Below are positions 36,389 through 46,894 of a DNA stretch of 64,000 nucleotides, one piece after another. The notes beneath the pieces are model-generated. The model saw only the letters and a program-made list of their open reading frames with translations. It was not told where the DNA came from and did not search any database. Positions within the stretch are counted from its first letter, which is position 1; every line of letters starts with the position of its first letter. Origin of the DNA: Caulobacter sp. (GTDB lineage Bacteria; Pseudomonadota; Alphaproteobacteria; Caulobacterales; Caulobacteraceae); the NCBI GenBank assembly GCA_046295055.1, contig JBKBOD010000005.1:214694-278693 (forward strand), given 5' to 3'. The translations under genes and the position numbers were made by a program.

Positions 36389-37510
36389 CTACACCCGCAG
36401 CGGCATCAGGACGTACTTCACGCCCGGATCGGTGGGGTCGAGCACCAGGGTCGGGCTGGCCGGGTCGGCGAAGCGGAACTCGGCGGTCTCGCCGCCGATC
36501 TGGGCGGCGACGTCCAGCAGGTAGCGGGCGTTGAAGCCGATCTCGAAGGCCTCTCCGTCGTAGTCGATCTCGAGCTCCTCGACGCCCTGGCCGGCCTCCA
36601 TGTTGCGGACGGTCAGGGTCAGCCGGCCGGTCTCGATTGCCAGTTTCACCGAGCGGCTCTTCTCGGCCGAGATGGTCGCCACCCGGTCGACGGCCTTGGC
36701 GAACAGCTCGGCGTCGACGGTCATCACCTTGGGATTGTCGCGGGGGATGACGCGGACATAGTCGGGGAAGGCGCCGTCGATGACCTTGCTGGTCAGGGCC
36801 GAGGCGCCGGTGAACTCGAACCGCACCTTCTGGGGGCTGACCTGGAAACCGACGCTCTCGCCGGCGTCCTCGAGCAGGCGCCGGGCCTCGTTGATGGTCT
36901 TGCGGGGCACGATGACGCCCGGCTGGCCGACCGCGCCCTCGGGGGCCGGCATCTCGGCCAGGGCGAGGCGGTGGCCATCGGTGGCCACGCAGCGCAGCCG
37001 CGCCTCGCCGCCTTCCATCACCGTGTGAACATAGAGGCCGTTCAGATAGTAGCGCGTCTCTTCGGTCGAGATGGCGAAGCGGGTCTTGTCGATCAGCCGG
37101 ATAAGGTCATTGGCGTCCACCTGGATATGGGCCGACAGGCCGTCGGCGCTCATCACCGGGAAGTCCCCGGCCGGCAGCACCGGCAGGTTGAAGCGCGAGC
37201 GGCCGGCGGCGATCTGCAGACGCGGGTCCTCGCCCGAGTAGGTGAGGGAGACGTCGGCGCCTTCCGGCAGCTTGCGGACGATCTCGTAGAGGGTGTGGGC
37301 GGGGGCGGTGATCTGGCCGGGCGCGTCGACCTGGGCGAAGCCCTCGTCGAGGATCTCCATGTCCAGATCAGTGGCCGAGAAGGTCACGCGCTCGCGGTCG
37401 GCCGACAGCAGCACGTTGGACAGGATCGGAATGGTGTTGCGACGCTCGACGACGCTCTGAACGTGGCCGAGGGCCTTCAGCAGCGCCGCGCGCTCGATGG
37501 TCAGTTTCAT
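36389..37510 (-). CDS. dnaN: DNA polymerase III subunit beta (sliding clamp)
   Basis: MKLTIERAALLKALGHVQSVVERRNTIPILSNVLL... with a three-domain length (373 aa). The ORF was trimmed to this ATG. Confidence 0.95.
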   Translation of the reverse strand: MKLTIERAALLKALGHVQSVVERRNTIPILSNVLLSADRERVTFSATDLDMEILDEGFAQVDAPGQITAPAHTLYEIVRKLPEGADVSLTYSGEDPRLQIAAGRSRFNLPVLPAGDFPVMSADGLSAHIQVDANDLIRLIDKTRFAISTEETRYYLNGLYVHTVMEGGEARLRCVATDGHRLALAEMPAPEGAVGQPGVIVPRKTINEARRLLEDAGESVGFQVSPQKVRFEFTGASALTSKVIDGAFPDYVRVIPRDNPKVMTVDAELFAKAVDRVATISAEKSRSVKLAIETGRLTLTVRNMEAGQGVEELEIDYDGEAFEIGFNARYLLDVAAQIGGETAEFRFADPASPTLVLDPTDPGVKYVLMPLRV

Positions 37511-37710
37511 GTCTCGTCCGGCCGGATGCGAATCGGGAGCCCCGCCCCGGTCCGCCAATAAAGAAAGGGACCACGGACATTAGCGGAAACGGCGCCGGGT
37601 GGAAGGGGCGGAAGGCAAAGGACGGTGCGTGAATCGCCGGGCGGAGCTCTTGCGAGCGACTCGCAACACACCATCTGTTGAGAATAGTTCTCATCTGTCG
37701 GACGCCCGCC

Positions 37711-37950
37711 ATGCGCCTCGCCGCCAAGACCCTGACCTACGCCGCCATGCATCTGGTCGTGGCCGTCGCCGTCGCCTACGCCCTGACCCGCGACTGGCGG
37801 GTCGCGCTGGCGGTCGGGTTGATCGAGCCCCTGGTGCAGACGGTCGCCTTCAACCTGCATGAGCGGGCCTGGGCGCGGGTTCCTGCGCGGGACAAGGCGG
37901 CGCGGCCCGAGGCAGGGGCGAGCGCCCCTCTTCAGGCCCTCGGCATCTAG
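37711..37950 (+). CDS. DUF2061-like small membrane protein
   Basis: MRLAAKTLTYAAMHLVVAVAVAYALT...IEPLVQTVAFNLHERAW matches the DUF2061 pattern as I recall it. Its stop overlaps the grpE stop (CTAG). Confidence 0.6.
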   Translation: MRLAAKTLTYAAMHLVVAVAVAYALTRDWRVALAVGLIEPLVQTVAFNLHERAWARVPARDKAARPEAGASAPLQALGI

Positions 37951-38579
37951 GCCTTGGTGTCGACCGCCGCGCCAGAGGCGTCGCCTTCGGCGGCGTACGG
38001 GTTGGCGCCGGCGGTGGCTTCAGGGGCGCCCTGGCCGGAGCCCTTGGCCGCGACGACGACCATGGCCGGGCGGACGATGCGGCCGAACAGCTCGTAGCCG
38101 GTCTGCAGGGTCTTGATGACCGCGCCGGCGGCGACCTCGGCCGAAAGCTGTTCCATCATCGCCTGATGCAGGTGGGGGTCGAACTTCTCGCCGGCCTGGG
38201 GATCGACCTTCTTGAGCCCGTTGCGGGCGAAGGCTTCCTGCAGCTTCTTCTCGGTCATCTCGACGCCGACGACGAAGTTCTTCACCGCCGTGTCGGAAAC
38301 GTCCTGCGGCGCATGGGCGGTGGCGGCGCCCAGAACGTCGGCGGCCTCCAGCAGGTCGCGGGCGAACTTGGTGATGGCGTAGGCGCGGGCGTCGTTCACC
38401 TCGCGCTCGGCGCGGCGGCGGGTGTTCTCGGCCTCGGCGGCGTAGCGCATCGCCTGGTCCTTGAGGGCCGCCACCTCGGCGCGGAGGGCGTCGACCTCGG
38501 CTTCGCCGGCGGCGAAGTCCAGCGCCTCGTCCTCGGTCGCTTCGGTTTCGGGGCCCTTGCCGTTGGTTTCTTCGGTCAT
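37947..38579 (-). CDS. grpE: nucleotide exchange factor GrpE
   Basis: A coiled-coil N-terminus (LKDQAMRYAAEAENTRRRAERE), FARDLLEAADVL, and a C-terminal beta domain. The gene is downstream of hrcA. Confidence 0.95.
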   Translation of the reverse strand: MTEETNGKGPETEATEDEALDFAAGEAEVDALRAEVAALKDQAMRYAAEAENTRRRAEREVNDARAYAITKFARDLLEAADVLGAATAHAPQDVSDTAVKNFVVGVEMTEKKLQEAFARNGLKKVDPQAGEKFDPHLHQAMMEQLSAEVAAGAVIKTLQTGYELFGRIVRPAMVVVAAKGSGQGAPEATAGANPYAAEGDASGAAVDTKA

Positions 38580-38589
38580 GGTTACGCGT

Positions 38590-39666
38590 CTATCCGTCGA
38601 TCATTCGCCCGAGCACCCTGGCGGTATAGTCCACCAGCGGGATGACCCGGGCGTAGTTGAGCCTGGCCGGGCCGATCACGCCGATCGCGCCCAGCACCTT
38701 CTGTCGGCCCGACATATAGGGCGCCGCGATCACGGCGGAACCCGAAAGTGAGAACAGGCGCGTCTCGGCGCCGATGAAGATGCGCACGCCCTCGGCCTCG
38801 CGCACCCCGTCCAGCAGGTCGATGAGCTGGCCCTTCTGCTCCAGATCCTCGAACAGGCGGCGCACCCGCTCGAGGTCCTCGGCGGCCGCGCGGTCGATGA
38901 GGTTGGCCTGGCCGCGCACGATCAGGGCCCGCTGGTCGCCCTCGCCGCCGCCCCAGGCCGCCAGCCCGTCCTCGACCAGCCGGGCGGCGACGGTGTCGAG
39001 CTCGCGGCGGGCCCGGTCCAGCTCGACCCGCATCTCGGCGCGGGCCTCGCCCAGGGTGCGGCCCTGGAGCCGGGCGGCGAGGAAGTTGGAGGCCTCCTGC
39101 AGGGCGGACGGGGTGATCCCGGGCGACAGGCGCATCAGCCGGTTCTCGACCGCGCCGTCCTCCATGACGATGACCACCAGCGCCCGGTCGGCCGACAGGG
39201 AGACGAACTCCACATGCTTGACGCCGGCCTCGCGCGCCGGGGTGACGACGACGCCGGCGCCGCCGGCGAGGCCCGACAGGATGGCGCCGGCCTCGGCCAG
39301 GGCCTCCTCCATCGAGCCGCCGCGCGCGTGCAGGCGCGCCTCGATGGCCTGGCGCTCGTCCTGGCCGAGGTCGCCGATCTCGAGCAGGCCGTCGACGAAC
39401 AGCCGCAGGCCGGCGTGGGTGGGCAGGCGGCCGGCGCTGACGTGCGGGGCGTTCAGGAGCCCGAGGCCGGCCAGGTCCTGCATGGTGTTGCGGATCGAGG
39501 CCGGCGACAGGTCCAGCCCCCCGCGCGAGAGGGTGCGGGAGCCGACCGGCTCGCCGGTCTCCAGATAGCTTTCGACGATACGCCGGAAGATGTCGCGCGC
39601 CCGCTCGTCCAGGTCGGACAGCTTGGGGCTAGGCGACAGTCCGTGCAGCAGCGGGGTCATGGTCAT
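38590..39666 (-). CDS. hrcA: heat-inducible transcription repressor HrcA
   Basis: [30 protein letters not shown]... at the length typical of HrcA. hrcA-grpE order supports the call. Confidence 0.93.
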   Translation of the reverse strand: MTMTPLLHGLSPSPKLSDLDERARDIFRRIVESYLETGEPVGSRTLSRGGLDLSPASIRNTMQDLAGLGLLNAPHVSAGRLPTHAGLRLFVDGLLEIGDLGQDERQAIEARLHARGGSMEEALAEAGAILSGLAGGAGVVVTPAREAGVKHVEFVSLSADRALVVIVMEDGAVENRLMRLSPGITPSALQEASNFLAARLQGRTLGEARAEMRVELDRARRELDTVAARLVEDGLAAWGGGEGDQRALIVRGQANLIDRAAAEDLERVRRLFEDLEQKGQLIDLLDGVREAEGVRIFIGAETRLFSLSGSAVIAAPYMSGRQKVLGAIGVIGPARLNYARVIPLVDYTARVLGRMIDG

Positions 39667-39755
39667 CTTCGTCGCCGGTGGACGCGGCCGGCCGCATCTA
39701 GGATAAGCGCGGCGCCCCGGCGTGCAAGGCGCGCATCTTCAAGACGGAGACTTCC

Positions 39756-40466
39756 ATGCGCCCATCCGGCCGCGCTCCCGACCAGCTTCGCCCCGTGACC
39801 CTGGAAACCGGCGTCAACCGCTATGCCGAGGGCAGTTGCCTGATCGGCTTTGGCCACACGCGGGTCCTGGTCACCGCCAGCGTCGAGGAAAGCCTGCCGG
39901 GCTGGCTGCGCGGGCGGGGCTCGGGCTGGGTGACGGCGGAATACGGCATGCTGCCCCGCTCGACCCACACCCGCGGCCGGCGCGAGGCGGCGCAGGGCAA
40001 GCAGTCGGGCCGGACCCAGGAGATCCAGCGGCTGATCGGCCGTTCGCTGCGGGCGGTGACCGACATGAAGGCGCTGGGCGAGCGCCAGATCACCCTGGAC
40101 TGCGACGTCGTGCAGGCCGATGGCGGCACCCGGACGGCGGCCATCACCGGCGCCTGGGTCGCCCTGCGGCTGGCCACGCGCTACCTGCTGGACGAGGGGG
40201 TGCTGAAGACCGATCCGATCCTGGACCAGGTGGGGGCGGTGTCCTGCGGCGTGTTCGAGGGAACGCCGGTGCTGGACCTCGACTACGACGAGGACTCGAC
40301 GGCCGAGGCCGACAGCAACTTCGTGCTTACGGGGTCGGGCGACATCGTCGAGATCCAGGCGACCGGGGAGAAGCGCGGTTTCAGCCGGGCGGAGTTCGAA
40401 ACCCTGTTCGGCCTGGCCGAAAAGGGCATCGGCGAACTGTTCGAGCTGCAGCGCCGCGCGATCTAG
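39756..40466 (+). CDS. rph: ribonuclease PH
   Basis: [14 protein letters not shown]...[18 protein letters not shown]...[19 protein letters not shown]. Confidence 0.95.
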   Translation: MRPSGRAPDQLRPVTLETGVNRYAEGSCLIGFGHTRVLVTASVEESLPGWLRGRGSGWVTAEYGMLPRSTHTRGRREAAQGKQSGRTQEIQRLIGRSLRAVTDMKALGERQITLDCDVVQADGGTRTAAITGAWVALRLATRYLLDEGVLKTDPILDQVGAVSCGVFEGTPVLDLDYDEDSTAEADSNFVLTGSGDIVEIQATGEKRGFSRAEFETLFGLAEKGIGELFELQRRAI

Positions 40467-41242
40467 GCCCTGCGGCGACGCCCGGCCCAGAGGCTGAGCA
40501 GCAGCATCAGACCGGACGCGCCCAGCGCCGTCCAGGCGACGAGCGGCTTGTCGCTGCGCTCGGCCACATAGACGGCCGCAAGGCCCCAGGCGATCGGCAG
40601 GCCATAGGCGAGGTGGCCGAGCCGCAGCAGGACCGCGCCGCCGACTAGGACGACGGCCGCTATGCCGCCGAGGGCCCAGGCCTGGGCGGTGTCGGGGCCG
40701 ATCACGCCCCAGGCCGTCAGCACGGTCAGGATGTTCAGGGCCGAGGCGATGGTCAGCCAGCCGCCCAGCAGGCCCAGCGGCCAGAAGATCACCCGGTGGC
40801 CCTCGGGCCAGAGACGGCCGTCGGCCCGGCGGGCGGCCAAGAGGCCGCTGATCATGGCCAGCGCCGAGAGGACGATGATGGCGACGGTGGCCGCCTTGAT
40901 GTCCAGCGAGGCGGCCACGAGCCAGGCGGCGCAGCCGGCCAGGGCGATGGCCGAGGGCCAGGCCACGGCGGCCAGTTCGGGCGTCTCGCGCGTCGAGGGC
41001 AGGATCTGCCAGACCGCGTAGATGAAGGCGCCCAGATAGATCACGCCCCAGATCGAGAAGGCGTAGCCGGCGGCGCGGATGGTCTGGTCGCCGTCGTTGG
41101 CGAAGGTCGCGGCGGTCAGGCCGACGCCGGTCCATTCCAGCACGGGCGCGGCGAGAATGGCGGCGAGCGTCGCCAGCAGGACGATGATCGAGCGAAGGGC
41201 CGGCTTGCGACCCAGGGCGAGGGGTTGGGCGTTAACGGTCAT
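40463..41242 (-). CDS. polytopic membrane protein, possibly TspO/MBR-related
   Basis: 259-aa ORF with about 7-8 hydrophobic segments and a Trp-rich motif [13 protein letters not shown]. The family assignment is tentative. Confidence 0.4.
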   Translation of the reverse strand: MTVNAQPLALGRKPALRSIIVLLATLAAILAAPVLEWTGVGLTAATFANDGDQTIRAAGYAFSIWGVIYLGAFIYAVWQILPSTRETPELAAVAWPSAIALAGCAAWLVAASLDIKAATVAIIVLSALAMISGLLAARRADGRLWPEGHRVIFWPLGLLGGWLTIASALNILTVLTAWGVIGPDTAQAWALGGIAAVVLVGGAVLLRLGHLAYGLPIAWGLAAVYVAERSDKPLVAWTALGASGLMLLLSLWAGRRRRA

Positions 41243-41308
41243 GGCGCCTCCAGAACGCGGAAGCTGGACCGGAGTTCGCCCAAGGCAAGCCAGGATCGGG
41301 ACGGGCGA

Positions 41309-41842
41309 TCAGAACAGGTAGCTGTTCTCCTGCCGGTACACCGAGCCTTCCCGGGTCTGGTGGCTGGAATAGAGGCCGAAGCGGTCGACCCGGAAGGGCG
41401 GCGAGTGCAGCAGGTTGTGGTCCTGCTCCCAGGCCGCGACGCGGGCGGGCTCCGGGCGCTTGAGATAGGCCAGGGTGACGTGCGGCAGGTAGGCGCGGGT
41501 CTCGGCGGCGAGCCCCGCCCGGCGCGCCGCCGCCTCGCAGCGCTTCTGAAGCTGGCGCAGGGGCGCGCTGTCCACGACCCCCGCCCAGATGGCGTGGATG
41601 TCGTCGCCCTCGCCGAAATGGCCCGTGCCGGCGAGGCTCAACTCGAAGGGCTCGCTGGCGACCGTCGACAGTTCCGCGTCGAGGTCGTCGGCGATGTCCT
41701 CGCGGATGTCGCCCATGAACCTCAGGGTGATGTGCAGCGCCTCAAGCGGACGCCAGCGCGCGCCGGGCAGGCCCTGCTGGCGCTGTTGCAGCGGCTCGCC
41801 GATGTGTTCGGGAATGGCGATGGCGGCGAAGAGGCGGATCAT
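41309..41842 (-). CDS. thpR: RNA 2',3'-cyclic phosphodiesterase (2H family, ThpR/LigT)
   Basis: Two HxT motifs (HITLRF and HVTLAY). Start set at MIRLFAAIAIP. Confidence 0.85.
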   Translation of the reverse strand: MIRLFAAIAIPEHIGEPLQQRQQGLPGARWRPLEALHITLRFMGDIREDIADDLDAELSTVASEPFELSLAGTGHFGEGDDIHAIWAGVVDSAPLRQLQKRCEAAARRAGLAAETRAYLPHVTLAYLKRPEPARVAAWEQDHNLLHSPPFRVDRFGLYSSHQTREGSVYRQENSYLF

Positions 41843-41853
41843 AGGCGGCCGTG

Positions 41854-42894
41854 TCAGGGGCACGGGTTGGGCCGGGCGATATGCAGCTCGTCCACCGCCT
41901 TCTCGAGGTCGTCGGTCCAGGCCAGTTCGAAGGCGTCGATGTCGGCCTTGAGCTGTTCCATGGTCGTGGCGCCGATGATGGTGGCGGTCACGAACGGGCG
42001 GCTGTCGCAGAACTTGAGCGCCAGGGCCTCGGGCGACACGCCCGTGGCGCGGGCCAGATCGACATAGGCGGCGATGGCTTCCTGGGAGCCCGGCCCCTCG
42101 TAGCGCTGCAGGCGGTTGTAGAGGGTCTTGCGCGCACCCTCGGGCAGGGCGCCGCCCAGGTACTTGCCGGTCAGGGTCCCCTGGCCGAGCGGCGAATAGG
42201 CCAGCAGGCCGACATCCTCGCGCATGGCGATCTCGGCCAGGCCGTACTCGAACACCCGATTGATCAGGCTGTAGGCGTTCTGGATCGAGGCGACGCGCGG
42301 CAGGCCCCGGCGCTCGGCCGCCTCGACGAACTTCATCACGCCCCAGGGCGTCTCGTTGGACAGGCCCACGGCGCGGATGCGGCCGGCCTTCACATGCGGC
42401 TCAAGCGCCTCGAGGATGGCCTCGAAGCCTTCGTAGTCGTCCGGATAGTCGCGGTAGGTCATGCCGCCGAAGATGCGGACCGACCGGTCCGGCCAGTGAA
42501 GCTGGTAGAGGTCGATGTAGTCGGTCTTGAGCCGCGTAAGCGAGCTCTCCAGCGCCTCGTCGATCTGGCTTTTGGTCAGGCGGGTGGCCGAGCCGTCCTT
42601 GCGCAGCCAGGTCATCGGCGAGCGGCCCGCGACCTTGGAGGCCAGCACGACCTCGCCCCGGCGGCCGGTCTTCTCGAACCAGCTGCCGATGTAGCGTTCG
42701 GTCAGGCCCTGGGTCTCCGGGGTCGGCGGCGAGGCGTACATCTCGGCGGTGTCCCAGAAGTCGACGCCGCGCTCGAGGGCGTAGTCCATCTGCTCATGGG
42801 CCTGCGCCTCGCTGTTCTGCGATCCCCAGGTCATGGTGCCGAGGCAGCAGCGCGAGACCTTGATGCCGGTGCGGCCCAGTTCCGAATAGTCCAT
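41854..42894 (-). CDS. NADP(H)-dependent aldo-keto reductase (Tas-like)
   Basis: LGTMTWG, FWDTAEMY, YQLHWPDR and GLSNETPWG, at 346 aa. Confidence 0.9.
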   Translation of the reverse strand: MDYSELGRTGIKVSRCCLGTMTWGSQNSEAQAHEQMDYALERGVDFWDTAEMYASPPTPETQGLTERYIGSWFEKTGRRGEVVLASKVAGRSPMTWLRKDGSATRLTKSQIDEALESSLTRLKTDYIDLYQLHWPDRSVRIFGGMTYRDYPDDYEGFEAILEALEPHVKAGRIRAVGLSNETPWGVMKFVEAAERRGLPRVASIQNAYSLINRVFEYGLAEIAMREDVGLLAYSPLGQGTLTGKYLGGALPEGARKTLYNRLQRYEGPGSQEAIAAYVDLARATGVSPEALALKFCDSRPFVTATIIGATTMEQLKADIDAFELAWTDDLEKAVDELHIARPNPCP

Positions 42895-42940
42895 TTAAAT
42901 TATCCCCCGGCGGGTTGAGCCCGCCCCTTGTGATGAGCGT

Positions 42941-43588
42941 CTATCGAAGCGCGCGAGCGGCCACGGGCGCAAGGCCGCGCGCGATGATCTTCACGCCCTG
43001 GGCGTTGGGATGGATGCCGTCCCGCTGGTTCAGGCGCGGATTGCCCGCCACGCCGGCCAGGAGGTCGGGATAGAGGGCCGCGCCATGCTTGCGCGCCAGG
43101 GCCGGGAAGACGGCCGAGAAATCGCGGGCGTAGGAGCGGCCTAGCGCCGGGGGCGGTCGCATGCCGGCCAGCACCAGCCCGATACGCCGCGCCTTGAGCT
43201 TGGCGAGGATGCGATCGAGGTTGTCGCGAGTCCGCGTCGGGTCGAGCCCCTGCAACAGGTCGTTGCCGCCCAGCGCCACGATGCAGAGCGCCGAGTCGCT
43301 CTGGACCGAGAAGTCCACCCGGCGCAGCCCGGCCGCGCTGGTGTCGCCCGAAACGCCGGCGCCGCGCACCCGCGCCGTGGCCACGCCGAGGCGCCGAAGC
43401 TCCAGCTCAAGCTGGAAGGGCAGGGCGTCGCGCGCCGGCAGGCCGAGGCCGGCGGTGATGGAATCGCCCAGCAGGGTGACGATCCGGGGGCGGGCCTGGG
43501 CCAGCGCGGCGCCGCCGGGAAGAGCGGCGGCGAGGCCCGTCAGCAGCGCCGATCGGCGTGTGACCGCGTTGTAAGCTGTGTTCGGCAT
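42941..43588 (-). CDS. SGNH/GDSL arylesterase (TesA-like), exported
   Basis: A signal peptide, then GDSITAG...GGND...DGIHPN. It is divergent from the ybbA/ybbP-like ABC genes, as in E. coli tesA-ybbA-ybbP. Confidence 0.85.
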   Translation of the reverse strand: MPNTAYNAVTRRSALLTGLAAALPGGAALAQARPRIVTLLGDSITAGLGLPARDALPFQLELELRRLGVATARVRGAGVSGDTSAAGLRRVDFSVQSDSALCIVALGGNDLLQGLDPTRTRDNLDRILAKLKARRIGLVLAGMRPPPALGRSYARDFSAVFPALARKHGAALYPDLLAGVAGNPRLNQRDGIHPNAQGVKIIARGLAPVAARALR

Positions 43589-43661
43589 GTCGGCATCCTA
43601 TGTAGGGAACAAGCGCCCCCGGGCAAAACCCCTCCGCCGAAGTTTCACGAGCCCTCCCCGC

Positions 43662-44354
43662 ATGTTCGACGCCGAAACGTCCGCCGCGCCGCTGTCCCTG
43701 TCCGGCGTCACCCTGACCCTGCCCTCCGCGGCCGGGCCGGTCGAAATCCTCAAGGGCGTGGACCTGACGGTGGGCGAGGGCGAGCGGCTGGCCGTCATCG
43801 GCCCGTCGGGCTCTGGCAAGTCGTCCCTGATCGCCGTGGCGGCCGGGCTGGAGCGGCCGACCGGCGGGGCGGTGCGGTTGTTCGGCGAGGATCTGGGGCC
43901 CCTGGGCGAGGACGGCCGCGCGCGGCTGCGGCGCGGACGGGTGTCGCTGGTCTTCCAGGCCTTCCACCTGCTGCCCAACATGACCGCCGAGGAGAACGTC
44001 TCGGCGCCGCTCGAGATCGCCCGGCGGCCGAACGCGACGGCCATGGCCCGCCGCTGGCTGGACCGTGTCGGCCTGTCCAGCCGCCTGACCCACTATCCGC
44101 ACCAGCTGTCGGGTGGCGAGCAGCAGCGCGTGGCTCTGGCCCGCGCTCTGGCCGTGGAGCCGCGCCTCCTGTTCGCTGACGAACCGACCGGCAACCTCGA
44201 CGGACCGAATGCGGCCGCCGTCGCCCAGTTGATGTTCGATCTGGTCGGCCAGACCGGCGCGGCGATGGTCATGGTCACCCATGATCCGGCCCTGGCCGAG
44301 CGGGCCGACCGGATCGCCGTGATGTCGGCCGGCCGTATCGCGAACGACCGCTGA
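43662..44354 (+). CDS. ABC transporter ATP-binding protein (YbbA/LolD-like)
   Basis: Walker A GPSGSGKSS, the signature LSGGEQQRVALARAL, and Walker B LLFADEPTGNLD. The ORF was trimmed to MFDAETS. Confidence 0.9.
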   Translation: MFDAETSAAPLSLSGVTLTLPSAAGPVEILKGVDLTVGEGERLAVIGPSGSGKSSLIAVAAGLERPTGGAVRLFGEDLGPLGEDGRARLRRGRVSLVFQAFHLLPNMTAEENVSAPLEIARRPNATAMARRWLDRVGLSSRLTHYPHQLSGGEQQRVALARALAVEPRLLFADEPTGNLDGPNAAAVAQLMFDLVGQTGAAMVMVTHDPALAERADRIAVMSAGRIANDR

Positions 44355-46894
44355 TGGCGCTGCCGCTTTCGCTGCGTTTCGCCGGGCGCGAGCTGCGCTC
44401 GGGCGTGCGGGGATTCCGCATCTTCCTGGCCTGCCTGGCGCTGGGCGTGGCGGCGATCGCCGCCGCCGGCTCGACGGCCGAGGCCTTCCGGGCGGGCCTG
44501 GCCAGCCAGGGGCGCGAGATCCTCGGCGGCGACCTTCGCGCCAATATCGATGGCCGGCTGTTCAACGCGGCCGAGCGCGCCGCCCTGTCGGCCCGCGGCC
44601 CGGTGGTCTACTCGGCGGCCCAGCGGGCGATGGCCGAGGCGTCCAACGGCGAGCGACGGCTGGTCGAACTGCGCGGCGTGACCGAGGGCTATCCCCTGGC
44701 CGGCGCCCTGCAGCTGGCCGGCGCGCCGGGCGCCGCGCCGCCGACCCTGGCCCAGGCCGTGGCGCCGGTGGGCGGCATTCCCGGCGCGGCGGTCGAACAG
44801 ACGATCATCGACCGGCTGGGCCTGAAGATCGGCGACCGCTTCGTCATCGGCCAGCAGCCCTTCATCCTGCGCGCGGTGCTGGTCTCCGAACCGGACCGGC
44901 TGGGTCGCGGCTTTGCCCTGTCGGGGCGGGTGCTGACCAGTTTCGAGGCCCTGGAGGCCGGCGGGTTCCTGGCCGAGGGTCTGCCGGACCGGGGCGAGAC
45001 GGCCCGCATCGCCCTGCCCCAGGGCGCCGACGCCGACCGCGCCGCCGAGGCGCTGAAGGCGGCGCTGAAGAACGACGAGATCGACATCCGCACCCGCGAC
45101 CAGGCGGCTAACGGCATCAAGCGGCTGATCGACCAGCTGGAGTACTTCCTGGGCTTCATCGGGCTGGCCTCGCTGGTCGCTGGCGGTCTGGGCGTGGCGG
45201 GAGCCGTCGGCGCCTATCTGGACTCGCGCAAGGCCTCGATCGCGGCGCTGAAGGCGCTGGGCGCCGAAGGCGTGCTGATCCGCAACCTGTACCTGGCCCA
45301 GATCGCCGTCCTGGCTGGCCTTGGCGTCGCCATCGGCCTGGTTATCGGCGCCTGCGCGCCCCTGATCCTGGGACAGCTGGCCCGCGACCAGCTGCCGATC
45401 CCCGCCCTGTTCGCCGTCTATCCCGCGCCGCTTATCAAGGCCGCCGGGTTCGGCCTGCTGGCGGCGGCGGCGTTCTCGCTGGCTCCGCTGGCGCGGGCGC
45501 GCTCGACGCCGCCCTCGGCCCTGTTCCGGCGCGACCTGGGCGGACGGGTGGGCTTCGGGCCGGAGATCATCGTCACGGTCCTGGCGGGGGCGGGTCTTGC
45601 CGCACTTGCGGTGATGACCGCGCCGACCCCGCTGGCGGCGGGCATCATGATCGCCGGCGTGGCCGTGGCTTTTGCGGTGCTCGCCGGTCTTGGACGCGCC
45701 GGCGCCTGGCTGGCCGGCCGCGCGCGGCGGCTGGCGCGAGGACCGGTGCGCATCGGCCTCGCCAACCTGGCCGGGCCGCGATCGGCGGCGCGGACCGCCT
45801 CGCCGGCCATCGGCCTTGGCGTCGCCCTGCTGGCGGCGGTGGTGCTGATCCAGTCGAGCCTGCTGGCCCAGATCAGCGACGTGGCGCCGCGCACGGCGCC
45901 GTCGTTGGTGTTCCTGGATGTGCCCGGCGAACGGATCGAGGCCTTCGACGCGGTCGTGGCCGACGCCTTCGGCGGCCGCCCCGCCGCCGACAGCTACCAG
46001 CGCTTTCCGTTCGTCACCGGCCGGATCGTGCGGGTGAAGGGCGAGCCGGTGGACAAGGAGGCGATCGCCGAGGGCGAGCGCTGGGCCTACGACAACGACC
46101 TGCAGCTTTCAATGTTCGACAGCGAACCGGCCAACGCCGGCGTCGTCGAGGGCCGCTGGTGGAAGGCCGGATACGACGGCCCGCCGCAGGCGGTGATGGA
46201 GGTCGATGCGGCGCGCGGCGCCGGGCTCAAGGTCGGCGACCAGATCACCGTGCAGGTGCTGGGCCGGGAGATCGACGTCACCCTGGCGGCGCTTCGCGAG
46301 GTGGAATGGGGCGGCTTTGGCCCGGCGTTCACCGTGGTGCTGAACCCCAGGGCCCTGGAAGGCGCCGGCCTGACCTATGTGGCCATCGCCAAGGCCAGCC
46401 AGGCGCAGGAAAGCGCTGTAACGCGGGCGCTGGGCCGCGACTTTCCGGAGGTCAATGTCATCAGCGTGCGCGAGGGGCTGATCCAGGCGACCGAAATGTT
46501 CGACCGCCTGTCGCTGGCTGTGCGCGGGGCGGCGGCGGTCGCGGCGCTGGCCGGCCTGCTGGTGCTCGCGGGGGCCATCGCCGCCGGCGCCCGGGCGCGG
46601 GCGCGGGAAGCGGCGACGCTGAAGGTGCTGGGCGGGTCGCGGCTGCAGATCCTCGCCGCCTACGGAGTCGAGTACGGCGCGGTCGGCCTGATCGCCGGGG
46701 TGTTCGGGGTGGCGCTGGGCTATGCGGCGGCCTGGCCGGTGGTGGTGAAGGTCTTCGAGGCGACCTGGAGCGTCGACTGGGGCGGGGTGGCGGCCCTGGT
46801 CGGCGGGGCAGCGGGCGTGGCGGCGGCGGGCGGCCTGCTCGCGGCGGCCTGGGCCCTCTCGGCGCGTCCGGCCCCCGTGCTGCGGGCGGAATAG
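44354..46894 (+). CDS. FtsX-like ABC transporter permease (YbbP-like, duplicated FtsX domain)
   Basis: 846-aa polytopic ORF whose ATG overlaps the upstream stop (TGATG). Confidence 0.88.
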   Translation: MALPLSLRFAGRELRSGVRGFRIFLACLALGVAAIAAAGSTAEAFRAGLASQGREILGGDLRANIDGRLFNAAERAALSARGPVVYSAAQRAMAEASNGERRLVELRGVTEGYPLAGALQLAGAPGAAPPTLAQAVAPVGGIPGAAVEQTIIDRLGLKIGDRFVIGQQPFILRAVLVSEPDRLGRGFALSGRVLTSFEALEAGGFLAEGLPDRGETARIALPQGADADRAAEALKAALKNDEIDIRTRDQAANGIKRLIDQLEYFLGFIGLASLVAGGLGVAGAVGAYLDSRKASIAALKALGAEGVLIRNLYLAQIAVLAGLGVAIGLVIGACAPLILGQLARDQLPIPALFAVYPAPLIKAAGFGLLAAAAFSLAPLARARSTPPSALFRRDLGGRVGFGPEIIVTVLAGAGLAALAVMTAPTPLAAGIMIAGVAVAFAVLAGLGRAGAWLAGRARRLARGPVRIGLANLAGPRSAARTASPAIGLGVALLAAVVLIQSSLLAQISDVAPRTAPSLVFLDVPGERIEAFDAVVADAFGGRPAADSYQRFPFVTGRIVRVKGEPVDKEAIAEGERWAYDNDLQLSMFDSEPANAGVVEGRWWKAGYDGPPQAVMEVDAARGAGLKVGDQITVQVLGREIDVTLAALREVEWGGFGPAFTVVLNPRALEGAGLTYVAIAKASQAQESAVTRALGRDFPEVNVISVREGLIQATEMFDRLSLAVRGAAAVAALAGLLVLAGAIAAGARARAREAATLKVLGGSRLQILAAYGVEYGAVGLIAGVFGVALGYAAAWPVVVKVFEATWSVDWGGVAALVGGAAGVAAAGGLLAAAWALSARPAPVLRAE

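Noticed and set aside
37677-37693. A possible alphaproteobacterial SOS box (GTTC-N7-GTTC) in the dnaN upstream region: GTTGagaataGTTC.
   Set aside because: The spacer is 6 nt rather than 7 and the first half-site is GTTG. The reverse reading gives GAAC-N7-AACA. The sequence does not meet the consensus.
39667-39755. A CIRCE operator (TTAGCACTC-N9-GAGTGCTAA) was expected upstream of hrcA.
   Set aside because: No such inverted repeat is visible in the hrcA-rph spacer. In Caulobacter-type organisms CIRCE is associated with groESL rather than hrcA. Only a weak sigma-32-like CTTGCA...CTTATCCT could be read, which is too poor to call.
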